DNA of 64,000 bases from Flavobacterium sp. (GCF_035456225.1 NZ_DATIDM010000161.1:1477-65476), one strand, 5' to 3'; shown: positions 29,200-38,459, numbered from the stretch's first letter. A program made the numbers and translations. Notes: generated from the letters alone by a model not told the origin.

Positions 29200-30165
29200 A
29201 TGAAACGAATAATATTCTTTTTCGCAACAGTATTAATACTGTTCCAGATTCATATTGCATCAGCGCAGGTTGGAATAGGAACAACCACACCATCCGGAGC
29301 GCTGGACGTTACTTCCAATAGTGACGGTTTATTAATCCCTCGTGTTACTCTTACCGCCAATAATGTAGCAGCACCGGTAACAACGCCTACAGTTTCAGAA
29401 TTAGTGTACAATACCGCCACAGTAGGAGGAGCAAACGGAGTAAATCCCGGTTATTACTATTGGGACGGCAGTTCATGGATAGCCATACTTACGGAAAAAA
29501 ACGGGGGTTGGTCCTTAACAGGAAATACAGGAACAACGGCGGGCACCAACTTTATCGGAACGACTGATGCCCAGGACTTGAGAGTAAAAACAGGAAACAC
29601 AGATCGCTTAAATATCTCCGGTACCAATGGAAACGTAGGTATTAATACAAACAATTCCACTGCGAAACTGGAAATTGACGCTTCAACAGGCACCACACCA
29701 CCTTTGGAAATAGTCCCGCGAACGACCGCTCCAACAGGGACTGCAGGTGGTCAAATAGCCGTCATCGACAATTCTCTTTATATCTATGATGTAACCAGAA
29801 CCAAATGGTTGAGTTCGGAAACTATAACTTTTGCATGGGGACACGACGGAAATCTAAAGGGTGCATATTTAGATTGTGCTAGTGTACAAAATCAAGCTAA
29901 TACCGGATTCAAGATGCCATATGCCGGAACAATCATTGCAATAACGGCGCTTCAGAGTGGCGGTGATGCAAGTAAAGGGTTTGTTGTAAGGAAAAATTCA
30001 GCATCAACTGACCTATTTTCATTCAATTTAACCGCCCTCTCTTATAATAACAACACTCTTAATATTGATTTTGATGCCAATGATTTTTTAAAAGTATTCA
30101 CTGTTGCCGCTGGCGGTGAATCTACCAACCCTGTAGTTACCTTATTCATAAAATGGCGTAAATAA
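29200..30165 (+). CDS. Secreted tail-fibre-like protein (321 aa), N-terminal paralog of 27103
   Basis: Start moved to ATG 29200 (MKRIIFFF...IASAQ); the ORF-track start is a TTG. First ~160 aa are collinear with the 623-aa protein (GALDVTS, DGLLIPR, SELVYNT, AGTNFIGTTDA); the C-terminal ~160 aa are unrelated. Confidence 0.75.
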   Translation: MKRIIFFFATVLILFQIHIASAQVGIGTTTPSGALDVTSNSDGLLIPRVTLTANNVAAPVTTPTVSELVYNTATVGGANGVNPGYYYWDGSSWIAILTEKNGGWSLTGNTGTTAGTNFIGTTDAQDLRVKTGNTDRLNISGTNGNVGINTNNSTAKLEIDASTGTTPPLEIVPRTTAPTGTAGGQIAVIDNSLYIYDVTRTKWLSSETITFAWGHDGNLKGAYLDCASVQNQANTGFKMPYAGTIIAITALQSGGDASKGFVVRKNSASTDLFSFNLTALSYNNNTLNIDFDANDFLKVFTVAAGGESTNPVVTLFIKWRK

Positions 30166-30492
30166 TCAGACATATTTCAAAAAACTCCAAAAAGACCTTT
30201 GTTTCAAATAATAAAGGTCTTTTTCATTAACATAAGCTTCCTTTTCGAAACTTATATTCCGATAGGCCAAATGTCGGTTTTTAAATTGTACCAACCGAAA
30301 CAGAAATTCAATGCCATACCAAAGAAAAAAAGGAATAATCAGCAACTCCAACTGCTGCCGGATATGAATCATTTCATGGTTAATAATCACCTTATCCTCC
30401 CTGTCTTCTTTATGTGTCAGGAGAATAAAAGGAAAAAGGGTGATTCCACGGAAACCTCTTGGCGTTAATTTTTTGATTACAAGTATTATCAT
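30166..30492 (-). CDS. Small (108 aa) HExxH-motif protein, putative membrane-associated metallopeptidase-like
   Basis: HEMIHIRQQ (HExxH) followed by a hydrophobic stretch (LELLIIPFFLWYGIEFLF). ATG start. Its stop abuts the stop of the 29200 gene. Confidence 0.55.
   Translation of the reverse strand: MIILVIKKLTPRGFRGITLFPFILLTHKEDREDKVIINHEMIHIRQQLELLIIPFFLWYGIEFLFRLVQFKNRHLAYRNISFEKEAYVNEKDLYYLKQRSFWSFLKYV
30191..30225 (+). terminator. Terminator hairpin for the 29200 gene, embedded in the 3' end of the convergent HExxH ORF
   Basis: aaagaccttt-12 nt-aaaggtcttt plus T-run, 26 nt after the stop at 30165. Confidence 0.6.
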
Positions 30493-30520
30493 TAACGGTA
30501 AAGTTCCTAAATTTGCCCTT

Positions 30521-30706
30521 ATGAATAACCAAATTGACCCAAATAATTTAAAAGAGGGGGAAGATTTTTATTACACACCGGAAGGCTACAAATGTTTCAC
30601 GGAAAAATACCACCTGAAACGCGGGTACTGCTGCAAAAGCGGATGCCGCCACTGCCCTTACGGGTTCGATAAAAAAACAGGGGAAATCAATAAGAAAAAC
30701 AAATAG
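30521..30706 (+). CDS. Cys-rich DUF5522-like small protein (61 aa)
   Basis: Start moved to the internal ATG (MNNQIDPNN...). The YYTPEGYKCFTEKYHLKRGYCCKSGCRHCPYGF pattern is as I recall for DUF5522. Confidence 0.6.
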   Translation: MNNQIDPNNLKEGEDFYYTPEGYKCFTEKYHLKRGYCCKSGCRHCPYGFDKKTGEINKKNK

Positions 30707-30708
30707 TT

Positions 30709-30772
30709 GGGCGTTCCCCTACGGGTCGGGCTATACGCAAGTACATGGTACTTTGCTGCTATCCCTAACGCG
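30709..30772. repeat. Flavobacterial REP-like element (GGTCGGGCTATACGC...GCTATCCCTAACGC)
   Basis: A second, shorter copy of the GGTCGG-N6-CGCTATCCCTA core lies at 30851-30880. Confidence 0.5.
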
Positions 30773-30850
30773 TCACGACAACAAACAAGACAACGATATA
30801 AAATGGACATCCATTTACAAAATTACCGAATCAAAATTTACAAGTCCTAC

Positions 30851-30880
30851 CATCGGTCGGACATTCGCTATCCCTAGTCC
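30851..30880. repeat. Second copy of GGTCGG...CGCTATCCCTA core
   Basis: catcGGTCGGacattCGCTATCCCTAgtcc versus acgGGTCGGgctataCGC...tGCTATCCCTAacg at 30709-30772. Confidence 0.5.
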
Positions 30881-30955
30881 TTATTGAGAAAAGATTAAAG
30901 AAGAAAGAGAAAAGACTAACTCATTAATAGCGACATAAACGAATAACAAAACACC

Positions 30956-32977
30956 ATGACTTTTCAGGAACAAATAACACAAGGAATTCCATCGGTTTTA
31001 CCACAACCAAAACCATACGACACGAGGCGAAACGCCGAACCGGCAGAGCAAACCAATATCAATCACGCGCCAAAGCGTAAAGAAATATTATCGGAAGAAG
31101 AAAAGAAATTAGCGCTTCGCAACGCGCTTCGTTACTTCGAACCAAAACATCACGCCGAACTAATCCCGGAATTCAAGGAAGAATTAGAAAAATACGGCCG
31201 GATTTACATGTACCGACTACGTCCGGATTACAGAATGTATGCCCGTCCGATTTCAGAATATCCCGGAAAAAGCGAACAGGCAAAAGCAATCATGTTAATG
31301 ATCCAGAATAACCTGGATTATGCCGTAGCACAACACCCGCACGAACTGATTACCTATGGTGGAAACGGAGCGGTTTTCAGCAACTGGGCTCAATATCTTC
31401 TGACCATGAAATACTTGTCCGAAATGACTGATGAGCAAACTTTGGTCATGTATTCCGGACACCCAATGGGATTATTCCCATCACACAAGGATGCACCAAG
31501 AGTCGTAGTTACCAACGGAATGATGATCCCGAACTACTCCAGACCGGACGATTGGGAGAAATTCAACGCGCTTGGCGTAACGCAATACGGACAAATGACT
31601 GCCGGAAGTTACATGTACATCGGTCCGCAGGGAATCGTTCACGGAACTACAATCACCGTTTTGAACGGATTCCGAAAAATAAAGAAAAATCCAACCGGAA
31701 ATTTATTTGTTACTTCAGGTTTAGGCGGAATGAGTGGTGCTCAACCAAAAGCAGGAACCATTGCAGGATGTGTTACCGTTTGTGCTGAAGTCAACCCTAA
31801 AATCACCAAAATCCGTCACGAACAAGGATGGATTCATGAAGTTATTGAGAACATTAACGAATTAGTAATTCGCGTTCGCAAAGCATTAGAAAACAAAGAA
31901 GTTGTTTCTATTGCCTATTTGGGTAACGTAGTTGACGTTTGGGAAAAATTTGACACTGAAAACATTCATATCGATTTAGGTTCAGATCAAACTTCATTAC
32001 ACAACCCTTGGGCTGGCGGCTACTACCCTACCGGTTTTACCTTTGAGGAATCCAATGAAATGATGGCCAACAATCCGGATCAATTCAAAATCGAAGTTCA
32101 GAAAACATTACGCCAACATGCTGCTGCCATCAACAAACATACATCCAAAGGAACTTATTTCTTCGACTATGGAAACGCTTTCTTATTGGAGGCTTCCCGC
32201 GCCGGAGCTGATGTAATGGCAGAAAATCCAACATTAGGAAGAGAATTTAAATACCCATCTTATGTTCAGGACATAATGGGCCCGATGTGTTTTGACTACG
32301 GTTTCGGTCCGTTCCGATGGGTTTGTGCCTCTGGAAATCCTGAAGACTTGGCAAAAACTGACAAAATTGCCTGTGACGTATTGGAAGAAATGATGAAAAA
32401 CTCACCTTCCGAAATCCAACAGCAAATGGCCGATAACATCCAATGGATCAAAGGCGCACAGGAAAACAAATTAGTTGTTGGTTCACAAGCCCGTATCTTA
32501 TATGCCGATGCAGAGGGAAGAACCAAAATTGCAGAAGCTTTCAACCAGGCTATTGCACGCGGCGAAATAGGTTATGTGGTTTTAGGCCGTGATCATCACG
32601 ATGTTTCCGGAACCGATTCTCCATACAGAGAAACGTCAAACATATATGACGGTTCCCGTTTCACATCTGACATGGCCTTTCAAAACGTAATTGGTGACAG
32701 TTTCCGCGGCGCCACTTGGGTATCTATCCACAATGGTGGTGGTGTTGGCTGGGGAGAAGTTGTCAACGGTGGATTTGGTATGGTTCTTGATGGTAGTAAA
32801 GATGCCTCAAGACGTTTAGAATCAATGCTTTTCTGGGATGTTAACAATGGAATTTCCCGAAGAAGCTGGGCAAGAAATGAAGGTGCCGTTTTCGCAATAA
32901 AACGCGCAATGGAAACGCAGCCTCTATTGAAAGTCACTATTCCGAATTTAGTGGATGATGCGTTGTTAAACGAGTAG
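30956..32977 (+). CDS. hutU: Urocanate hydratase
   Basis: 673 aa. Motifs typical of urocanase (GGMSGAQP, GRDHHDVSGTDSPYRETS, HNGGGVGWG). Confidence 0.95.
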   Translation: MTFQEQITQGIPSVLPQPKPYDTRRNAEPAEQTNINHAPKRKEILSEEEKKLALRNALRYFEPKHHAELIPEFKEELEKYGRIYMYRLRPDYRMYARPISEYPGKSEQAKAIMLMIQNNLDYAVAQHPHELITYGGNGAVFSNWAQYLLTMKYLSEMTDEQTLVMYSGHPMGLFPSHKDAPRVVVTNGMMIPNYSRPDDWEKFNALGVTQYGQMTAGSYMYIGPQGIVHGTTITVLNGFRKIKKNPTGNLFVTSGLGGMSGAQPKAGTIAGCVTVCAEVNPKITKIRHEQGWIHEVIENINELVIRVRKALENKEVVSIAYLGNVVDVWEKFDTENIHIDLGSDQTSLHNPWAGGYYPTGFTFEESNEMMANNPDQFKIEVQKTLRQHAAAINKHTSKGTYFFDYGNAFLLEASRAGADVMAENPTLGREFKYPSYVQDIMGPMCFDYGFGPFRWVCASGNPEDLAKTDKIACDVLEEMMKNSPSEIQQQMADNIQWIKGAQENKLVVGSQARILYADAEGRTKIAEAFNQAIARGEIGYVVLGRDHHDVSGTDSPYRETSNIYDGSRFTSDMAFQNVIGDSFRGATWVSIHNGGGVGWGEVVNGGFGMVLDGSKDASRRLESMLFWDVNNGISRRSWARNEGAVFAIKRAMETQPLLKVTIPNLVDDALLNE

Positions 32978-33046
32978 TTTTAAATTTCAGGCAGTACAAG
33001 GAGGGAGATTTAAAACTAATGTTTTTAAACCTGAAATTGTACTACT

Positions 33047-33589
33047 ATGAAAACGTTTAAAATATTTTTGCTTTTGCTGCTTATCACAGTAGGAGCCTGT
33101 AGTCCGATACAAGTAGACGCCGATTATGACAAAGCCACGGATTTTAGTCAGTATAAGACCTATAACTTTCTGAAAGACGGCATTGCCAAAGTGGAGATTT
33201 CTGATTTGGACAAGAAAAGGATTCTCAATGCCATTGACAATGAAATGCTGGCAAAAGGCTATACAAAAAGCGAGACCCCCGATTTAATGGTAAACTTTTT
33301 CACCAAAGAAATGGATTACGTTAATGTAAGCAGCTACTATGGTTATTGGGGTTATGGCTGGGGATGGTATCCATATTATGGTTATCCCTATGCCTATACC
33401 ACAACAGAAGGCACACTGTATATCGATCTGATCGACGCAAAGAAAAAAGAACTGGTTTGGCAAGGAGTTGGCGCTGGTGTTTTAGCTGAGAAAATGAGCG
33501 AAAAAGAACAACGAATCAACGAATTTGTCAACAGAATCCTAATACAGTTCCCTCCGGAAGTTAAAAAGGATAAAAAAGATAAAAAGTAG
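33047..33589 (+). CDS. DUF4136-like lipoprotein
   Basis: 180 aa. Lipobox (TVGAC), Tyr/Trp/Gly-rich loop, and a GTLYIDLIDAKKKELVWQG motif typical of the family. Confidence 0.7.
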   Translation: MKTFKIFLLLLLITVGACSPIQVDADYDKATDFSQYKTYNFLKDGIAKVEISDLDKKRILNAIDNEMLAKGYTKSETPDLMVNFFTKEMDYVNVSSYYGYWGYGWGWYPYYGYPYAYTTTEGTLYIDLIDAKKKELVWQGVGAGVLAEKMSEKEQRINEFVNRILIQFPPEVKKDKKDKK

Positions 33590-33659
33590 TCATAACCGGC
33601 TACTTTTTTCCTTTTCCATAATCCTAATAATTATCATGTCAAAAAATACACAATAACTG

Positions 33660-33667
33660 TATTTTTG
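33660..33667 (+). promoter_or_regulatory. TAnnTTTG -7 box (TATTTTTG)
   Basis: 16 nt upstream of ATG 33684. Confidence 0.45.
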
Positions 33668-33683
33668 CTAAAATTAAAGCGCG

Positions 33684-34070
33684 ATGCAAGACATTCAAAA
33701 CCTCGACGATATCAAACAAATGGTCAATTCTTTTTACGACAAAGTAAGACAGGATGAGTTTATCGGACCTATTTTCAATGAACAAATCCAAGATCGTTGG
33801 CAGGTGCATCTTGAAAAAATGTACGGATTCTGGCAAACGGTTTTGTTGGATGTTCACGCCTACTCTGGCAGCCCGTTTCCCCCTCATGCCCGACTTCCAA
33901 TCCAAAAAGAACATTTCGACCGATGGATGACTATTTTCACGCAAAACATCGACGAGCAATTTGCGGGCCCCATAGCCGATGAAGCCAAGTGGCGCGCCGG
34001 GAAAATGGCTGAAATGTTCAACTATAAAATTGAGTATTTCCGAAACGCCAATCAAAAACCGCTTACATAA
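33684..34070 (+). CDS. Group III truncated haemoglobin-like protein
   Basis: 128 aa. FYDKVRQDEFIGPIF...H..KMYGFW...Y.G.P...H pattern of trHb group III. Confidence 0.75.
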   Translation: MQDIQNLDDIKQMVNSFYDKVRQDEFIGPIFNEQIQDRWQVHLEKMYGFWQTVLLDVHAYSGSPFPPHARLPIQKEHFDRWMTIFTQNIDEQFAGPIADEAKWRAGKMAEMFNYKIEYFRNANQKPLT

Positions 34071-34142
34071 GTATTTCACATTCTTTTTTTAACTATTTTG
34101 CAGTTAGTTTATTTTAAAACCCAATCTAACTAATTGCAAATC

Positions 34143-35192
34143 ATGATGAAAAACTACTCTAAAATTGCATTGGGCGTACTGCTTTCAGGTTTTTTGTTTT
34201 CGTGCAGTTCAACCAATCTCCTAACGTTAAGCGTTACGGAACCCGCGCCTATATATATTCCTTCTCAAGGCAAATCAGTAGGCATCATTAACCGAAGCTT
34301 ACCCAACAAACAAAACGAACCCATCGATGTCATCGACAAGATCCTGTCGGTGGAAGGAAAAGATTTAGATAAAGACGGCGCTACCGAATCGGTTTTAGGA
34401 CTTCAAAACGAACTGACTAAAAACAACGGTTTTGCTACCGTAAAACTGATAGATGATGCCAATCTGAAAAGCGTAGGCCTTGGCGTCTTTCCAGCCGCCC
34501 TCCAATGGGAAGACGTGGAAAAAATTGCCCAAAAAAATCAGGTGGACTACCTTTTTGAACTCTCTTTTTATGATACCGACGCCAAAGTGGATTACAAAAC
34601 CGCTACGGTGGAAAAAGCAAACGTGGTGGGCGTTAAAATCCCGATGATTGAACATCAGATAGATATTGCCACGATGATTAAAAACGGCTGGCGCATTTAC
34701 GATGTAAAAAACAGGGAGATTTTAGATGAAATAGCCTCCAACAATGTGATTAACTCCTCCGGAAGAGGAATCAATCCGGTAAAGGCAGCCGAGGCCGTGA
34801 TGGGAAGAAAACAAAATGTTTTAAAAATCAGCAACCGTTTGGGAGTCGATTATGCTTTAAAAACATTGCCTTATAAAATCAGGGTTTCCCGTGATTACTA
34901 CGTAAAAGGGACTCCTAATTTTGAAATCGGAATGCGTCGTGCCCAAACTGGAAACTGGGACCGTGCGGCCGAACTTTGGGCGAAGGAAGTCAACAATCCC
35001 GATCCGACCATTGCCGGAAGAGCCTGCTACAACATGGCCATCATCAATGAAATCAACGGAAATCTGGATGAAGCGGTAAATTGGGCTTCGAAATCCTATA
35101 GTGATTATGGAGATAAACTCGCTTTACGTTACCTCAACATCCTGAAAGACCGAATTGCCAAAAAAGAACAACTGGTAGCCGAAAACCACTAA
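34143..35192 (+). CDS. Lipoprotein with C-terminal TPR-like region (DUF6340-like)
   Basis: Start moved to ATG 34143 (MMKNYSK...LFSCSS lipobox). The C-terminus GNWDRAAELWAKEV...ACYNMAIINEINGNLDEA is TPR-like. Confidence 0.65.
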   Translation: MMKNYSKIALGVLLSGFLFSCSSTNLLTLSVTEPAPIYIPSQGKSVGIINRSLPNKQNEPIDVIDKILSVEGKDLDKDGATESVLGLQNELTKNNGFATVKLIDDANLKSVGLGVFPAALQWEDVEKIAQKNQVDYLFELSFYDTDAKVDYKTATVEKANVVGVKIPMIEHQIDIATMIKNGWRIYDVKNREILDEIASNNVINSSGRGINPVKAAEAVMGRKQNVLKISNRLGVDYALKTLPYKIRVSRDYYVKGTPNFEIGMRRAQTGNWDRAAELWAKEVNNPDPTIAGRACYNMAIINEINGNLDEAVNWASKSYSDYGDKLALRYLNILKDRIAKKEQLVAENH

Positions 35193-35230
35193 AAAAAAGA
35201 ACCGTAGCAAATACTACGGTTCTTTTTTTA
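35191..35230. terminator. Bidirectional terminator closing the minus-strand paa/2-oxoacid-dehydrogenase block
   Basis: A-run, agaaccgtag-caaata-ctacggttct, then T-run. Lies between convergent 34143 and 35247 genes. Confidence 0.85.
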
Positions 35231-35246
35231 TCTATGTTGAAAAGTA

Positions 35247-37319
35247 TTAGTACGCTAACAGCTCTTCTATCTTCGCTTTTACTTTTTCGGCAGAAGGAAT
35301 CATGGTCTGCTCCAAAGTGCTGTTTAAAGGAATGGCTGGCATATTTTCCGAACCAATCGTCATCACCGGCGCATCGAGATATTTGAAACATTTCTCCTGA
35401 ATCATTCCGGCCAAACTTCTTGCAAAGGAATTATTGATGGATTCTTCTGTAACCACAAGACATTTTTTGGTCTTTTTAACCGATTTCAGAATCGTTTCTT
35501 CATCCAACGGATTGATTGTTCTCAAATCGATGATTTCCACCTGATCTTTGATTTTTGAAGAAGCGTTTAAGGCCCAGTGTACTCCCATTCCGTAAGTGAT
35601 TACCGAAATCGTTTCTTTGGTTTCCTGCTCCCAAATCTCCTGAACGACATTCGCTTTTCCGAAAGGTAAAACATAATCCTCGCTTGGCTCATTCGTACGC
35701 GCTTCATCGGTTCCTTTCACTTTTGACCAGTACAAACCTTTGTGTTCTAAAATTACTACCGGATTCGGGTCGTAATAAGCTGCTTTCAATAATCCTTTCA
35801 AATCGGCTCCGTTACTTGGGTAAGCGATTTTAATCCCGCGTATGTTTGCCAATACACTTTCCACCGAAGAAGAATGGTAAGGGCCACCGCTTCCGTAAGC
35901 ACCAATCGGCACACGTAAAATCATGCTTACCGGCCATTTTCCGTTGGACAGGTAGCACGAGCGGCTCACTTCGGTAAACAACTGGTTCAATCCCGGCCAA
36001 ATGTAATCAGCAAACTGAACCTCAACAATCGGTTTTAAACCAACGGCCGACATCCCCACGGTAGAACCAACAATGAACGCTTCCTGAATTGGGGTATTAA
36101 ATACACGCTCGTCTCCGAACTTCTGCGCTAATGTCGCTGCTTCCCGGAAAACGCCTCCCAATCGCCCACCAACATCCTGTCCGTACAGCAGACATTCTTT
36201 ATGTTTTCGCATCAGTTCTTCAACCGCAAACAAAGCACAATCTACCATCACTACTTTGTCTTCGCGCTCCGGATTTCTTTCACCTGCCTCTTCTGTAATA
36301 GGTGTCGGAGCAAAATCATGAGTAAACAAATCTTCCGGCTTCGGATCTTCAGCTTTTAAGGCTCTTTCGTAATCTCTTTTTACTTGCTCTGTCGCTGCAT
36401 GTTCGATTTCTGCGATTTCATCCAAAGTAAATTCGGCATCAATCAGTTGTTTCAATAAAACTGGATACGGATCTCTGGAATGTGCTTCTTCCAAATCATC
36501 ACGGTACCATTCCATTCGAACGCCCGATGTATGGTGGTTCAACAATGGAACTTTAGCATGAACCAAAAACGGTCGGCGCTCTTCACGTATCGTTTTCAGT
36601 ACTTTTTGAATCGCCAAGTAACTTTCCGTGAAATTAGCTCCGTCAATTGTAATTGCTTCAAGCCCGTGGAACCCTTTTGCATATTCAAAGGCATTTTGCG
36701 AACGGGTTTCTGCCGCATTCGCTGAAATATCCCATCCGTTATCCTGAACCAAATATAGAATAGGCAATTGCTTTAACGCTGCCATCTGGAAGGCTTCTGC
36801 AATTTCACCTTCGGTTACCGATGCATCTCCAAGTGAGCAAACCACAACCGGTTTTTCACTTACAGTAGTATCGTCAAGACTAACATTTTCTTTATACCAG
36901 AATCCCATCGCTGCTCCTGTTGCCGGAATCGCCTGCATTCCGGTCGCTGAAGACTGATGCGGAATTTTCGGCTTGTCCGCATCACGCAAACTTGGGTGAC
37001 AGTAATAAGTTCTTCCTCCCGAAAACGGGTCGTCTTTCTTTGCCATCAGCTGCAACATCATATCGTAAGGCTGCATTCCGATTCCCAACATCATCGCATC
37101 ATCCCTGTAATAAGGAAAAGCATAATCCTGCGGCAACAATTGCATCCCTACCGCAATCTGAATCGCTTCATGACCGCGGGAAGTCGCGTGAACATATTTA
37201 GAAACCACTTTAAAATTATCTTCATACAAAGTGGCCATTGCCTTGGCGGCCGCCATTGTTGAAAACGCTTTTTTAAGGATTGATCTATCTACAAGTACTG
37301 GCATATCTATCGTATTCAT
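35247..37319 (-). CDS. 2-oxoacid dehydrogenase E1 component, fused alpha/beta subunits (TPP-dependent)
   Basis: 690 aa. Alpha-part TPP motif (GDASVTEGEIAEAFQMAALKQLPILYLVQDNGWDIS). Beta-part transketolase-like Pyr and C-terminal domains. Confidence 0.85.
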   Translation of the reverse strand: MNTIDMPVLVDRSILKKAFSTMAAAKAMATLYEDNFKVVSKYVHATSRGHEAIQIAVGMQLLPQDYAFPYYRDDAMMLGIGMQPYDMMLQLMAKKDDPFSGGRTYYCHPSLRDADKPKIPHQSSATGMQAIPATGAAMGFWYKENVSLDDTTVSEKPVVVCSLGDASVTEGEIAEAFQMAALKQLPILYLVQDNGWDISANAAETRSQNAFEYAKGFHGLEAITIDGANFTESYLAIQKVLKTIREERRPFLVHAKVPLLNHHTSGVRMEWYRDDLEEAHSRDPYPVLLKQLIDAEFTLDEIAEIEHAATEQVKRDYERALKAEDPKPEDLFTHDFAPTPITEEAGERNPEREDKVVMVDCALFAVEELMRKHKECLLYGQDVGGRLGGVFREAATLAQKFGDERVFNTPIQEAFIVGSTVGMSAVGLKPIVEVQFADYIWPGLNQLFTEVSRSCYLSNGKWPVSMILRVPIGAYGSGGPYHSSSVESVLANIRGIKIAYPSNGADLKGLLKAAYYDPNPVVILEHKGLYWSKVKGTDEARTNEPSEDYVLPFGKANVVQEIWEQETKETISVITYGMGVHWALNASSKIKDQVEIIDLRTINPLDEETILKSVKKTKKCLVVTEESINNSFARSLAGMIQEKCFKYLDAPVMTIGSENMPAIPLNSTLEQTMIPSAEKVKAKIEELLAY

Positions 37320-37385
37320 TATTTCTTTCTTAAAGAGCCCCGTAAAATTATCGGAAGGCCCGGCATTATTTATTAAGGCAGGTTA

Positions 37386-38441
37386 TTAAACCGCCGGTAC
37401 AAGCCATCCGAACTTATCGGCTACTTTTTGTGTTTTAATCGCGTTCAAGGTATCATTTACATCGTGAGAAACCGGATTTTCTTTTGGCAAGGTTATTTTC
37501 ATCTCTTTATAGCCGATTTCTTCAATCATGGCAATTCCAACCGCTGTCCCAGCACCGAATGCTTCTTCCAACGTACCGTTTTGTGATGCTTCGATGATTT
37601 CCGAAATTTTTATCGGTCTTTCTGTTACTTCGAAACCTTTATCACGAAGCAAATCGATTACCGACATCCTCGTGATTCCGGCCAAAATAGAACCGCTTAA
37701 ATCCGGAGTAATGAACTTTCCGCCTATTTTGAAAAACACATTCATCGTTCCCACTTCCTGGATGTATTCGAATTCGTTGGCATCCAGCCAAAGTACCTGA
37801 TCGTATCCTCTTGCTTTGGCCAATTCCGTCGGACGGATAGCTCCAGCATAATTTCCGGCTGCTTTTGCTTCACCTGTACCTCCAATGGCTGCACGGATGT
37901 ATTTTGTTTCTGCATACAATCTGATTGGCTTGCTGAAAAACGGACCTGCGGGCGATGCTATAACGATGAACTTATATCTCGTAGCTGCACGCATTCCGAT
38001 GAACGCTTCATCCGCATACATGAACGGACGCAGGTACAAAGCAGCTCCTTCATCGGATGGTATCCAGTTTTTTTCAAGGGCTACCAATTTCTGCAATGAT
38101 TCCACGAATAAATCTTCAGGAAAAGAAGGCATACCCATACGATCCGCACTGAAATTCAAACGTTTTGCATTTTCCATCGGGCGGAACAACAAAGGCACAT
38201 TATCGTTACCTAAAGTCGCTTTCATACCTTCGAAAATAGCCTGACCGTAATGCAAAGCCATAGCCGCAGGATGTGTTGGAATCGCTGTTAAAGGCTCGAT
38301 TCTCGGATTGATCCATGCTCCGTTTTCGTAATCACAGATAAACATGTGATCGGTAAAAGCATTCCCCATCGCGATATTGTTGATATCAACCTCGCTTACT
38401 CTTGAGGACTGAACTTGATTGATTTTTATATTGTAAGACAT
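37386..38441 (-). CDS. ilvE: Branched-chain-amino-acid aminotransferase (fold type IV)
   Basis: 351 aa. FTDHMF, HYGQAIFEGMKA, GTGEAKAAGNYA and EVGTMNVFF motifs of long-form BCAT. Confidence 0.85.
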   Translation of the reverse strand: MSYNIKINQVQSSRVSEVDINNIAMGNAFTDHMFICDYENGAWINPRIEPLTAIPTHPAAMALHYGQAIFEGMKATLGNDNVPLLFRPMENAKRLNFSADRMGMPSFPEDLFVESLQKLVALEKNWIPSDEGAALYLRPFMYADEAFIGMRAATRYKFIVIASPAGPFFSKPIRLYAETKYIRAAIGGTGEAKAAGNYAGAIRPTELAKARGYDQVLWLDANEFEYIQEVGTMNVFFKIGGKFITPDLSGSILAGITRMSVIDLLRDKGFEVTERPIKISEIIEASQNGTLEEAFGAGTAVGIAMIEEIGYKEMKITLPKENPVSHDVNDTLNAIKTQKVADKFGWLVPAV

Positions 38442-38459
38442 AGTCTGTTTTTCTTAAGA

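Noticed and set aside
12599-30492. Whether the surface-protein locus is a prophage, ICE or transposon-borne island
   Set aside because: No integrase, transposase, tRNA attachment site, flanking direct repeats or phage structural genes could be recognised. The 'tail-fibre-like' call rests only on a short motif.
33639-34079. 146-aa minus-strand ORF fully overlapping the globin gene
   Set aside because: The plus-strand frame has clear truncated-haemoglobin motifs and a TAnnTTTG box. The minus-strand product has no recognisable features.
36480-37262. Several 81-101-aa plus-strand ORFs inside the E1 gene
   Set aside because: They are antisense shadows within a continuous 690-aa TPP-enzyme frame.
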